Source: a virus. From it: DNA of 64,000 nucleotides. A program made the translations under genes and the position numbers. The DNA lies in the IMG/VR virus record IMGVR_UViG_3300045988_144346, positions 7,829-71,828 of that record; one strand, 5' to 3'. Below are positions 8,546-17,909 of this stretch, one piece after another. The notes beneath the pieces were generated by a model, which worked only from the letters and a program-made list of their open reading frames with translations, was not told the origin of the DNA and searched no databases. Positions within the stretch are counted from its first letter, which is position 1. The number at the start of each line of letters is the position of its first letter.

Positions 8546-10426
8546 TCAGCGGACGGTAGCCGTCAGCGTCCCGGTGTCCGCATCGAGCGCCATGCGGGCC
8601 GGAGTGAAGGAGCCGTTCGCCGTCTGAAGAAGCTCGCCGTCCTCGTTGAGCGATAGCACAGAGCCGTTTTCGTAAGGCGTGTCCGTCGTCCAGAGCAGCC
8701 GTCCCGTTGCCGGGTCGATGGTGATCGTCGTGAACACGATGTTGTCTGTCGGGTAAAACTGGCTGCCGTCTGCGGAAACGATGGAAACGCCGTCCGTACT
8801 CCCGACCTCAGCCCAGGAGATCGTCCCCGTCTGCGGCATCACCCGGCTCTTGTAGTCGATGCTGATCGCCGTGGCGCTCGCCGTGTGGATGCGGAGGAAG
8901 TGTCCCTTCGGGTTGAGAAGAAACAGCGTATTATCTGAATTGCTCAGCGCCATGAGCGCGTCGAACTGCTTCACGGTGTCCTTGTACGCCTTGCCGTTGA
9001 TAAATCCGCCGATGAACCCGGAAAGCGTTCCGGCAAGGTAATTGGAGGCGTCCGGCTGTCTCGTGGGATACCGGGTGAAGTTGCGTTCGAGCGTCGGCGT
9101 ATTATTGTTGGAAACGGACCCGGCGCTCACTCCGTCCTTGCCGTACCGGAAAAAGTACGCCGCAACAACGTTGTAGTACTGCGTCTGCGCGTCGTATTCC
9201 GTCTCAAGGATCGCCCAGAACCAGAACTGTACCGGCGCCTCGTTCGACACCATCGGGGTCGTGAGATAGACGAGCGCGCCTTCGGGGAAAACGTAATACA
9301 CATACGATTCCCCGGATTTGGCGCTGTAGTCGCGCAGCTCGCTGACGTTCGCGCCGACATAGGCCAGCTTCTTGAGCTTCGTATCGCCCACCGTCCGGCG
9401 CAGCACCGTATAGCCCTGTGCCAGAACATCCGGCGTCCACTTGACGTAAACGCACGGCTCGTTTGCAAGCTGGCACGCCGTCACGTTGCCGGTCGTCTCG
9501 CTCACGGTATAGGAAACATTAAAGTCCACCCACCCCGTCGTAACGCTCACGCCGTTGGCCGTCTCCACGGTGCATTGTATGGAGTAGGCGTTCCCGGTGA
9601 GAAATCCGTTATAATCGACCCGCAGCTCGCCTGTTCCGGAGATTTTCCCCGTATCCACAAACGGGTTCGCTGTATCGTCCTTATCGGCAATCCGCCAACG
9701 GACCCAGTTGATGGAATCGCCCTGCGCCTGAGAGTACGTCGCCGTGAAAGAATATTCCTTTACGCTCACCGGAGACGGGATCGCATTGATGGCGAGCGTC
9801 GGTGTGCTTCTGGCAAGAAAAAGCGCCGGCGTCGTCTGAAGAACATATTCATCGCCGCCGCTGTAGGCTGTGCCTGGCAGCTCCGTTCCGGCGGCTTCTG
9901 CCGCCCTGGTAACGGTCAGCGTGTAGAAAAATCCGCTCGCCGTCACAGCGAGAGTATGGTTTTTCGTGCTGTAGCGGATGGAGTCGCCGGCGGCAAGCGC
10001 CTGAGCGAGCGTGAAAACGGCATATTCCGCATCGCTGATCCGGAAATAATACTGTCCGGCGGCTACCGCTCCGCTCGCCGTGTACAAAACGCCCGCGTCA
10101 GTGGAAGCGAACCACTGTACGATGAGCATTTTGTATTCGTTGCCGTTTGCCATACCTGCGGCGCTCATATTTGCCGCCTCGATCTGCGCGGCGAAAAAAG
10201 CAACGTCTCCGGCGTAGTTCACGCCCCACCACGGCGTGGAAAGCGTGGTTTTCCCCGTGCTGTACAGCCTTGTGGAGGCGGTATCGTTTTTATAAAGCGT
10301 GATCTGATAGGCGCTCATCGGGGAATCGCCGCTCACCTGCCAGCTCACGTCCATGTCCTGCGAGATGTCTACGCATCCGCTTCCGTTGATTTCGTCCGGG
10401 GAGATATTGGATGGTTGATTGAGCAT
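8546..10426 (-). CDS. distal tail / receptor-binding structural protein (626 aa)
   Basis: Follows the tape measure and a 93-aa ORF. Beta-rich sequence. Its C-terminal module is shared with 5749-6096. Confidence 0.5.
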   Translation of the reverse strand: MLNQPSNISPDEINGSGCVDISQDMDVSWQVSGDSPMSAYQITLYKNDTASTRLYSTGKTTLSTPWWGVNYAGDVAFFAAQIEAANMSAAGMANGNEYKMLIVQWFASTDAGVLYTASGAVAAGQYYFRISDAEYAVFTLAQALAAGDSIRYSTKNHTLAVTASGFFYTLTVTRAAEAAGTELPGTAYSGGDEYVLQTTPALFLARSTPTLAINAIPSPVSVKEYSFTATYSQAQGDSINWVRWRIADKDDTANPFVDTGKISGTGELRVDYNGFLTGNAYSIQCTVETANGVSVTTGWVDFNVSYTVSETTGNVTACQLANEPCVYVKWTPDVLAQGYTVLRRTVGDTKLKKLAYVGANVSELRDYSAKSGESYVYYVFPEGALVYLTTPMVSNEAPVQFWFWAILETEYDAQTQYYNVVAAYFFRYGKDGVSAGSVSNNNTPTLERNFTRYPTRQPDASNYLAGTLSGFIGGFINGKAYKDTVKQFDALMALSNSDNTLFLLNPKGHFLRIHTASATAISIDYKSRVMPQTGTISWAEVGSTDGVSIVSADGSQFYPTDNIVFTTITIDPATGRLLWTTDTPYENGSVLSLNEDGELLQTANGSFTPARMALDADTGTLTATVR

Positions 10427-10438
10427 TGTTTCACCCCT

Positions 10439-10720
10439 TTATGCCGGTCCGGAGCCGAAGAACCACGCCTTCGCGTTGCTCATCGACCCCCACCAGACCA
10501 CCAGCACCGTGTCCCCCACGGCGGCGGAGGCTACCTCCGCCGCGTAGGGTATCTTTATCTCCTGTGCCCCGAAGGGCTGTCTCACGCCGATGACCTTTCC
10601 GTCCGGCGCGGTCGTAACGTCGTACCGCTCTGCGCGGAGAGCGTTTGCCGTCTCCTGCCGGCACAGCCGCGCCACATGGCTCCGCATCGCGTCCCAAAAG
10701 GCTTTGGCATCCTGCATCAT
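10439..10720 (-). CDS. small tail protein (93 aa)
   Basis: Tightly packed between the tape measure stop (10738) and the next tail gene. Plausible composition. Confidence 0.5.
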   Translation of the reverse strand: MMQDAKAFWDAMRSHVARLCRQETANALRAERYDVTTAPDGKVIGVRQPFGAQEIKIPYAAEVASAAVGDTVLVVWWGSMSNAKAWFFGSGPA

Positions 10721-10737
10721 ACGATTTCCGTCTCCTT

Positions 10738-13700
10738 TCAGGTGAGATTCAGTATCCGCAGCTGCCGCGCAAGCTCTCCGAGCGTCGTGGTGTTCGCCTG
10801 CTGCTCGGTAAGGTTGATGCCGCCCGGGAACGAATATACCGTGTCGTGGCTGTCCGCAGTGGCTCCGTAGGAGTTCGTCGGCGCCGTGGGTATCCCGGCA
10901 TTGGGCATGCCGTAAACAGCGCCCAGGGCCCGCGCGAAAGCGTCAAATTGCGCGTTCGGCGTCGGCGTTAGGATTTTGGCGGAAAGCGCCGGTCCGAGAA
11001 CGATCTCGTCCTCGCTCGTGGCCTTCACGCCACCCATGCCGCGCAGCACACCGCCGGAGTCGTAGCCGGGAAGCTTCCAGCCGGACGGATTTGTTGCGAT
11101 AAAATCGGCGATCAGCTCCGCAAGAGACTTGACATTGCCCGTCTCGCCCTTCTGCCGGTCGGTGCCGGATCTGGCGACATCCGCCAGAATGTCCGCGATC
11201 TCTCGCAGCGGCTCTTCCACGGACTCAAGGATCTCTTTCCACTTGTTTTCCAGCTCGTCGTACCGGGCGTTAACCGCGTCCTGCTGCGCCTTGATGGCGG
11301 CAACCGCCGCGTCGTATTCCTGATCCTTTCGGAATTTGTCGAGCGCATCCTGCGCCTTCTTGAGCTGGTCTTTGGCGCTCTGCACCGCCTTCTGATCGGC
11401 GATCCATTCCCACTGGCCGGTAGCGGCGTTGTACATGCGCACATTGCGCTCCGCCTGCGCGTTGGCAAACTTTGCCTGTGCCTCCGTAACGGCGAGGATC
11501 TTCTCCTCGAGCTCCAACCGGTCTTCCTCGGTGTCTCGCGCCTTTTTAAGCGCTTCCAGCTGCGCATCCAGATCGGCAAGTTCGGCTTTGCGGGCTTTTT
11601 CCGCTTCGTCGAACTTCTTGTCCATCGCTTCCTGCAGCTCTTTCCAGTAGTCGCTGTCGCCTCCGCCGCCGGAGCCGCCGCCTCCGCCGCCTCCGCCGCT
11701 GTTTCCGCCGGCGTTTCCGGAAAGGCCGGGGACATAAAACTTGCCCTTGTCGGGGTTTCCGAGCTCTCCCGTCGGGTCGTAGTAGCCCCTCGCCGCTGCC
11801 CGAAACAGGCCGTCCGGCCTCTGTCCGTGCAGCATCCGGCGTGTCTGCGGCGCCGTGTATACCATCGCGCCGGGTGCCAGCATCGTGACCGTAGGCTCGC
11901 CGCCTCCGGCAATACGCGCCGTGCTGCCTTCCTGAATGATCTCCGGTCCCTGCTCGTTGACAAGCGTAAGTCCGCCGCCGGAGCTCTTGCCGCCGGAGGC
12001 TTTTCGGCCGATACCCGCTCCTGTAAGGGCCCCAATAACGCCAGCAGTAGCCGCGTGCACGGTTACTGTCCATGTTTTGTCTGTAAGCCCATGGAGTTGA
12101 GATTCAAGAGCGTTGAGGGTCTGCGTTGCGTTTGCCGTTTCCGTAAAAACGTTAACTGTTTTTTCTTCAGGAATTTCTTTTGCTGTTGTCGCAACATCTT
12201 GTAGCGACTCTTGCACCGCGTCAAACGTTATTCCATCAATGCTTTGCAGCGTTGCAACCAGCCCGTCGATTTCCTCCTGACTTTTTCCGGCTTCGCTCAG
12301 TCCTTTGCGGAATTTGTTAAGATCAACATTTTGTGTCCCATCTGCTGCCTTCGTCAGAGCGCCTACGTCTTCGGCAAGCTTGAGTGCCTGATCGCCCGCG
12401 TTGTAGATCTCCGAGCCGTAGACCCCCATGGCCTCCGCCCAGGAGAGGATAACGTCCTCCGAAACGCCGGTATAGTCGGCGAGATCCTGCAGACTCTCCA
12501 CGGTGAAGCTGAGCCCGCTGTCCGTTTTCTCAAAAGACGCCAGCAGCTTTCCGTTTTCGTCGCGGAGTTTTCCCTCGGCGTCGGCCGCATTATAGAGCCA
12601 CTGCGCAAACCCGGCGCCGGCATCCTCTCCGCCGCCGCTGAGCATGGCTTTCAGCCCTTCCAGCCCCTGAATGTATGCCGCCATTTTCTGCGGATCATTT
12701 TCGAGAGCTTCGCGCTCCTTATCAGAGAGGAACAGATTATAGCCCGCCTGTGCCGTGTTGCTGCCGATGCGCCCGTTGGCTATCTCCTCCATGGTTTTCG
12801 CGTAAGCGTCCGCCATGTCCTGGAATCCGTCGTCCTGATCGGACGCCGCTGCCTGCTTAAAGCTGTCTATCGCGCTGGTTGCGTCCTTTACGCGGTCAGA
12901 GAGCGATTCATAGGCTTCCGTTTGCTCGTCAATGGTTTCTGTATTGGTCTCTGTTTCTGATGTTGCGTCTGCGGTTTCTCCTTTGAGTTCGCGGGCAGCG
13001 GACGTTAATACTTGCCACGCCGTCAGCACTTCCAGATCCGTTTTAGATAATTTGATTCCCGCTTCGCTCGCATTTTCCAGTGCATCGGCAATGGGCTGAT
13101 ATTTTTTTACCAGCTCGTCGAGGCTTCTGCCATATTCTTCGGCGCTTAATTTCCCGTCTTGCCAATCTTTCCGCCAGTTGAATATTTGTTTTGGATACAC
13201 CCGAAGGGCCGTGTAATCTTCATCTCGTCGGGTCTGGCGAAGCTCTCGCTTCGCATTCCTGCGATTTTCTTTGTCTGCCGCTTCCTGTAATTCTTTTGTG
13301 GCTTCTATTTGATCTTGGAGAATTTCGAGTCTTTTTTGTTCTACCTCCGTAAGCGCCTCTGCTTTGTTCCGCAGCGCGTTATATTCTTCCTGCGCCGCGG
13401 TCAGCGCATCTTGATTTTTGTGTTTGTCTGGGAAAAACAGATTGTTGAGTGCCGTTACAAGATCCGTAACCGCACCTATAACGTTTTTTTGCCAATCGGT
13501 GGTGGCTATCGACTGCACGAAATCTGTCCAGGTGTTTTGAAGGACATTGATTTGCGACTCCAGGCTTTTCAGCCTTGTCGAAACTTCTTTATCTGCACTC
13601 CCAGCCGCGTCCCCCAGAGACTCCAACATCTTTTTGTAGGTGTCAAATTCTGTAACGAGCGCAACGAGCGAGTTTGTGCGGAGCTTTCCGCCAAGCCCGG

Positions 13701-14964
13701 ACAGCATCTCCATGAGTTGCTGCTCCGTCAGCGCGCCTTCTTTCATCGCCTTGGAAAGCGCGGCAATGGCGTCCATCGGATTGATGAGCTCGCCGGTCGC
13801 CCTCGCTGCCTCAACCACGTCACTCGCGTAAACTTCCAGAACGTCGCTGAGACTCTGGATCTCTTCTTTTGTTACGGTGACGCCTTCCTCAACCTCCGTC
13901 GTGGTATCACCCATGATGTTGAGGACGATGGCGCGGAACGCGCGCGCCGCTTCGCTGCCGGACACCTGCGTTTTCGCCGTGATCGTTCCGAGCGCGGCCA
14001 GAAGCTGTTCCTGCGTAATGTGTGCCTGCGCCGCTACCGAGGCGACGATAGGCATGCCGCTCGCCAGTTTTTCGATGCTTGTCGCATAGTGGTTGTCGAT
14101 CTCGTTCGCCTGATCTACGATGAGAGACAGCGCCTCAACCGAGCCGCCCAGTTTGTACGCCGCGTCCATGGTGATGAGCATCTTGTTAGCGGTCTCGGAG
14201 TTGATGTCGCCGACGAGCTGCGTTTTCGTGGCAACTTCGGCAAGCCCCGCCGCCAGATCGCCGTAACCGGCGCGGCTGAACTCGGCAACGCTCTGCAGAA
14301 ACTCGTTGGCCGCCACGCCGTATTTGCTCGCGGTTTCGTAAGCGCGGTCGTTAAGTCCGGCGATATAGCTGTCGCTCGCTCCCGTTACCTTCTGAATGGT
14401 GTTTAGCTGGCTGTCAACTTCTCTTATCGTGGAAAGAGCTTCACGAAGTGATTGCCTCAAAAGGTTCAGCGCAGCATAAAGTGCTCGGGACGCGAGCGAC
14501 TGAATTAGCGTCTGCCCAAAGGATTTTGCTGCATTGCTGCCCTGCTCGAGTTCTCCGCGAAGATCGCCTTCCGCTCGCGCATGTTGCTGCGCGGCCGCTG
14601 CCGCCCGCTCCTGCTGAAACGTCAGTTTTGCGCCGACAGTTTTCTGCCGTTCCTGTTCGGTGGCGGTTCGCTGAGTCTCCTGCTGCAGGCGGGCGTTTGC
14701 CGCTGCCACCTGGTTCGCCGTCTGCTTTGTGCGCTCCTGCGCAATCGCAAGGTTTACTTCGGCTATCCGGCGGCGCTCCTGAGCCGTAGCCAGCGCGAGC
14801 TGCTGACGTGTCAGGTTCTCGATCCCTGCCGCCCCGGTAACTTTTATCTCGATAGCAACCGGCTTTGCGCTCAGGCTTTTCGCTTTTGCGTCGATTTGCG
14901 TCAGCTGCGCCAGAACGTTGGCGCCGTCTCGCAGTTCTGTCCGCAGGACAATGGTATCTGCCAT
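10738..14964 (-). CDS. tail tape measure protein (1408 aa)
   Basis: Very long, Ala/Gln/Glu-rich coiled-coil protein with a Gly run (GGNSGGGGGGGGSGGGG). Located between the tail tube/chaperone genes and the tail tip genes. Confidence 0.85.
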   Translation of the reverse strand: MADTIVLRTELRDGANVLAQLTQIDAKAKSLSAKPVAIEIKVTGAAGIENLTRQQLALATAQERRRIAEVNLAIAQERTKQTANQVAAANARLQQETQRTATEQERQKTVGAKLTFQQERAAAAAQQHARAEGDLRGELEQGSNAAKSFGQTLIQSLASRALYAALNLLRQSLREALSTIREVDSQLNTIQKVTGASDSYIAGLNDRAYETASKYGVAANEFLQSVAEFSRAGYGDLAAGLAEVATKTQLVGDINSETANKMLITMDAAYKLGGSVEALSLIVDQANEIDNHYATSIEKLASGMPIVASVAAQAHITQEQLLAALGTITAKTQVSGSEAARAFRAIVLNIMGDTTTEVEEGVTVTKEEIQSLSDVLEVYASDVVEAARATGELINPMDAIAALSKAMKEGALTEQQLMEMLSGLGGKLRTNSLVALVTEFDTYKKMLESLGDAAGSADKEVSTRLKSLESQINVLQNTWTDFVQSIATTDWQKNVIGAVTDLVTALNNLFFPDKHKNQDALTAAQEEYNALRNKAEALTEVEQKRLEILQDQIEATKELQEAADKENRRNAKRELRQTRRDEDYTALRVYPKQIFNWRKDWQDGKLSAEEYGRSLDELVKKYQPIADALENASEAGIKLSKTDLEVLTAWQVLTSAARELKGETADATSETETNTETIDEQTEAYESLSDRVKDATSAIDSFKQAAASDQDDGFQDMADAYAKTMEEIANGRIGSNTAQAGYNLFLSDKEREALENDPQKMAAYIQGLEGLKAMLSGGGEDAGAGFAQWLYNAADAEGKLRDENGKLLASFEKTDSGLSFTVESLQDLADYTGVSEDVILSWAEAMGVYGSEIYNAGDQALKLAEDVGALTKAADGTQNVDLNKFRKGLSEAGKSQEEIDGLVATLQSIDGITFDAVQESLQDVATTAKEIPEEKTVNVFTETANATQTLNALESQLHGLTDKTWTVTVHAATAGVIGALTGAGIGRKASGGKSSGGGLTLVNEQGPEIIQEGSTARIAGGGEPTVTMLAPGAMVYTAPQTRRMLHGQRPDGLFRAAARGYYDPTGELGNPDKGKFYVPGLSGNAGGNSGGGGGGGGSGGGGDSDYWKELQEAMDKKFDEAEKARKAELADLDAQLEALKKARDTEEDRLELEEKILAVTEAQAKFANAQAERNVRMYNAATGQWEWIADQKAVQSAKDQLKKAQDALDKFRKDQEYDAAVAAIKAQQDAVNARYDELENKWKEILESVEEPLREIADILADVARSGTDRQKGETGNVKSLAELIADFIATNPSGWKLPGYDSGGVLRGMGGVKATSEDEIVLGPALSAKILTPTPNAQFDAFARALGAVYGMPNAGIPTAPTNSYGATADSHDTVYSFPGGINLTEQQANTTTLGELARQLRILNLT

Positions 14965-15024
14965 TTTTTCACCGCCTGTACTTGAGCTTTATTGGAAAGC
15001 GTGATAAAATTTCTTTATTGAAAT

Positions 15025-15055
15025 GGTTGCGTTTCGGCCGTCTGCTTGCCATATA
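15025..15055 (+). promoter_or_regulatory. conserved promoter-like motif, copy i
   Basis: GGTTGCGTTTCGGCCGTCTGCTTGCCATATA: TTGCGT (15027-15032), 17 nt, CATATA (15050-15055). AGGAG follows. Confidence 0.5.
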
Positions 15056-15068
15056 TGGCAGAAAGGAG

Positions 15069-15407
15069 ATGTATGATTTGAGTTTAAAAAACTTCTTGCT
15101 TGGCGTATTAAAGCGTTCGGTATCTGCCGCCGGGTATAGAACCATCGGGTGCTCTCCGGACGAAGCGTTTTTTTTGGCAGACATGGAGGTCAACAGCCGC
15201 AATACATCCCGCCGCTCTCGACAGCTCAGCGATGAAGAGATTAAAAAGCGTATAGAAGAAAGCCGCAAGGGTTATGACGCAGCAATGGCCACGCTTGCTG
15301 AATGCCAACGCAAGCTACGCGAAGGCGGGCCGTTGGTTCGTGAGGGAGCGGAAAAAGCTCGTCAGGAAGCTCAGCGGTTTCGTGAAGAAATCAGGAAGAA
15401 CAGTTAA
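15069..15407 (+). CDS. plus-strand moron embedded in the tail operon (112 aa, coiled-coil C-terminus)
   Basis: Only protein-like ORF in the 440-nt gap between the chaperone-position gene and the tape measure. It has its own motif-i promoter. TTG at 15078 is an alternative start. Its stop shares TTAA with the convergent gene. Confidence 0.5.
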   Translation: MYDLSLKNFLLGVLKRSVSAAGYRTIGCSPDEAFFLADMEVNSRNTSRRSRQLSDEEIKKRIEESRKGYDAAMATLAECQRKLREGGPLVREGAEKARQEAQRFREEIRKNS

Positions 15408-15823
15408 CTCGCCTCCACCTCAAACCCCGCCGCCAGCAGCGCCGATACGACGATGGCCTCCGCCTCGCTGGAATCCACAAAATCCCGCAGCGCTTCTTCC
15501 ATGAACGGGCGCGGTCCGGCGTCGCCCTGACGATAACCGGATTCTACCCACGGTGTTTCCGGCTCGCTTCCGTTGGTCTGCAGCGTCGTCTCGTTGGTGA
15601 TCTCCACACTGTCGTCGCTGATAACGGCAGAGAGATTATTGTCTGCGCCGAGCTGATACCGGCGGCGCTCCATCGCCCACGGCGACGCCTCATAGCTGTA
15701 TACCCGCTCGTCCGCCGAGCGCCGGATAGCCGCTTTCAGCCCCGCCGCCAGTTCCGACTGTGCGGAGGCTACGGCGCTTTGTATGCGCGAACGGATGGTG
15801 TAATACTGGTCCAGTACGCTCAT
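15404..15823 (-). CDS. tail-assembly-chaperone-position protein (139 aa)
   Basis: AGGAG RBS 8 nt before the ATG at 15823. Sits between the major tail gene and the tape measure. Confidence 0.5.
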   Translation of the reverse strand: MSVLDQYYTIRSRIQSAVASAQSELAAGLKAAIRRSADERVYSYEASPWAMERRRYQLGADNNLSAVISDDSVEITNETTLQTNGSEPETPWVESGYRQGDAGPRPFMEEALRDFVDSSEAEAIVVSALLAAGFEVEAS

Positions 15824-15845
15824 GAAAATCACTCCTGATTCCCGG

Positions 15846-15921
15846 AAAAAGCGTGATATTTCACGCGCTTTCAGCGAAGCAGGGGGGAAAGCCCCGACCC
15901 GATACCGGATCGGGGCTTTAT
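15846..15921 (-). terminator. two stem-loops downstream of the major tail gene
   Basis: Minus strand: GCCCCGA...TCGGGGC hairpin (15891-15916), then GCGTGA-AATA-TCACGC followed by TTTTT (15846-15866). Confidence 0.6.
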
Positions 15922-15926
15922 CATGC

Positions 15927-17060
15927 TCAGGTAACGGTCACGGGGATCGTGTCCGTATAGGTCTCGTTGGTGAGCGTATTGGTAACGCTCACGGTAACGG
16001 TGGTGTTGCCGGCCGCAACGCCGGACAGCACATTGCTGTGCGCATCGTTGAACTTGGCCGTGGCCGCCGCAGCGGACGCGAACGTGACCTTGCTCATATC
16101 GGAGATATTGGCAAGGATGCCGCCAACCGAATACTTCACCGGCAGGGTGATCGTCTCGCCGTGGGCAACAGACGCGCCGGAGCCGAGACCGATAAAGTAG
16201 ATGCCGTCCACGCCGTAGGTGCTCGTGTCGCTGCCGATGAACTCGTCCACGATGAAACCGTAGGACTGAGAACCGGAGTTGTCGCACAGACCGGCTCCGA
16301 CGGCCTCCTCGTAGGTCAGGCAGTTGCCGGAGAGGTCAACGCTGCCGGTAGAGGTCTGCCCAACGCTGTCCTGCATACCGTTGGTGAAGAAGTAGTACGG
16401 GATGTAGTAATGGCGGATCTTGTAGAGACTCGACGCCATAACATCCGAACCGGTCTTCTTCGCGTAGCAGTTGACGGCGAAGTGCGCGCGCACGACCTTC
16501 GGCTGGAAGAGCGCCGGAATGCCGAGCTGCAGAGCGCTGGAGTTCTCCACGAAATACTTCACACAGTAGCTGTTGCCGCTGACTGCCGTGAAGCCGGTGA
16601 TAACGCCGGCGGAGGACACGGGATACGCCGTGCCGCTGTTCTGCTCGACCGTCGCCTTGTCCGAGCCGGAGCTCGTCAGAACGTAGGCAACCGCGCCGTT
16701 GGAACCGCCGAGCGGAGCCACCGCGTTGTTGATGGTCAGATTGGCGCCCGTTGCGGTAACAACGGTGCTGGTCTCCACAACGCCGTTGGCAGCAAGGTCG
16801 CTGCCGATGGTGATCGCCATGTTGTTGAGCGCGCTGTCCGCCGTCTTCGCCGTAATAGCAAGGCGGGCCGTGTCGGGGATGCACATGACGAGCATGTTCC
16901 CGGGGCCGCCTTCCACGTCGCCGCTATTCATGCTGCCGTTCAGGCCGAAATCGGTGACGTACTTGGAAAAGCCAACGAGGTTGTCGGTAGCGGGGTCAAA
17001 GAACTCCGCATACACAATGCCCTTGGTGAACATATAGTCGGGCTTAAACGTGTAGTTCAT
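15927..17060 (-). CDS. major tail protein with C-terminal Ig-like (Big_2-type) domain
   Basis: 377 aa. Followed by terminator hairpins, which suggests high expression. C-terminal VTFASAAAATAKF..NTTVTVSVTN is Ig-like. Confidence 0.55.
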   Translation of the reverse strand: MNYTFKPDYMFTKGIVYAEFFDPATDNLVGFSKYVTDFGLNGSMNSGDVEGGPGNMLVMCIPDTARLAITAKTADSALNNMAITIGSDLAANGVVETSTVVTATGANLTINNAVAPLGGSNGAVAYVLTSSGSDKATVEQNSGTAYPVSSAGVITGFTAVSGNSYCVKYFVENSSALQLGIPALFQPKVVRAHFAVNCYAKKTGSDVMASSLYKIRHYYIPYYFFTNGMQDSVGQTSTGSVDLSGNCLTYEEAVGAGLCDNSGSQSYGFIVDEFIGSDTSTYGVDGIYFIGLGSGASVAHGETITLPVKYSVGGILANISDMSKVTFASAAAATAKFNDAHSNVLSGVAAGNTTVTVSVTNTLTNETYTDTIPVTVT

Positions 17061-17069
17061 AATCGAAAG

Positions 17070-17879
17070 TCACTCCTTTGTAGTGTCAGCAAGAAGCCCT
17101 TTAGCTCCCGCGTCGAGATCGTCGATGGTCTTCATGGCGCCCGGCAGACTGACCTTGCGGGCGTATTTCCACGTTGGGAAGGGATTGCCCTTGGGAAAGG
17201 TCACGAAGCCGGACATGGAAGCCGTGGTATAGACCTGATATCCAAGCGTTCGGTCGATGGCCTCCTGCGTTTTCTGAAAGTCTCGGATCGTCCAGCCCCA
17301 CACGGAGGCCGGATCGGTGTGCGCGTTGATCGCCACGGAATAGACGAGCGCGTCAAAGTCCAGCACAAGATCGCTTTCCTGCTGCGCGGCAGTATACTGC
17401 AGCGCGGCAACGAGCTCCGGGTTATAATTCTCATCCGGTATCTCATAGCAGTTCTGTGCCGCAATAATGCGCCGCACCTCGTCCATCTGCGGCATGCTGA
17501 GGCAAAAATCGCCCTGGATGAAAATCGCGTCAAGCACGCCGTTCCGCGTCTGAAACTGGATGGGCAGCATCGCTTCCCCGGTCCTTCGGTCGGAAAACGT
17601 CTCGAGCCGCAGCGCTTTTACAAGCACTGCCATAGCCAAATAGAAGAAATTTCCGGCTATGTTCTGCTCCTGCGCGGTTTTATCCAGTTCGTACAGGCAC
17701 GCGCACCACGAAAGCCGCGCCAGCTTCGGCGGCAGGGAGCTTTGCATCAGCTCAAAGGCGATCCGCGCATTATGGTACAGGGCATAATCGCGCACCGTCA
17801 GCGGCCAGAACTCCAGCCCCGCATATTCCACCGGTCGATTCTCTCGTATGGCTTCCGCGTATTTATCTTCGATGCTCAT
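17070..17879 (-). CDS. hypothetical head-tail region protein (269 aa)
   Basis: Compact operon position; no recognisable motif. Confidence 0.5.
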   Translation of the reverse strand: MSIEDKYAEAIRENRPVEYAGLEFWPLTVRDYALYHNARIAFELMQSSLPPKLARLSWCACLYELDKTAQEQNIAGNFFYLAMAVLVKALRLETFSDRRTGEAMLPIQFQTRNGVLDAIFIQGDFCLSMPQMDEVRRIIAAQNCYEIPDENYNPELVAALQYTAAQQESDLVLDFDALVYSVAINAHTDPASVWGWTIRDFQKTQEAIDRTLGYQVYTTASMSGFVTFPKGNPFPTWKYARKVSLPGAMKTIDDLDAGAKGLLADTTKE

Positions 17880-17909
17880 AAAAACTCCTTTGCATCGTCC
17901 ATAACATTG

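Noticed and set aside
5749-10426. A diversity-generating retroelement acting on the fibre genes that share a C-terminal module.
   Set aside because: There is no reverse transcriptase anywhere in the window. The two copies differ throughout at the DNA level rather than at adenine-specific positions, and no template/variable repeat pair exists.
14965-15403. A -1 frameshift tail-chaperone extension (G/GT-like) on the minus strand between the chaperone gene and the tape measure.
   Set aside because: The minus-strand frames (14969-15268, 15108-15308) look non-coding. I saw no slippery heptamer at the end of 15404-15823. The plus-strand ORF, with its own promoter motif, explains the gap better.
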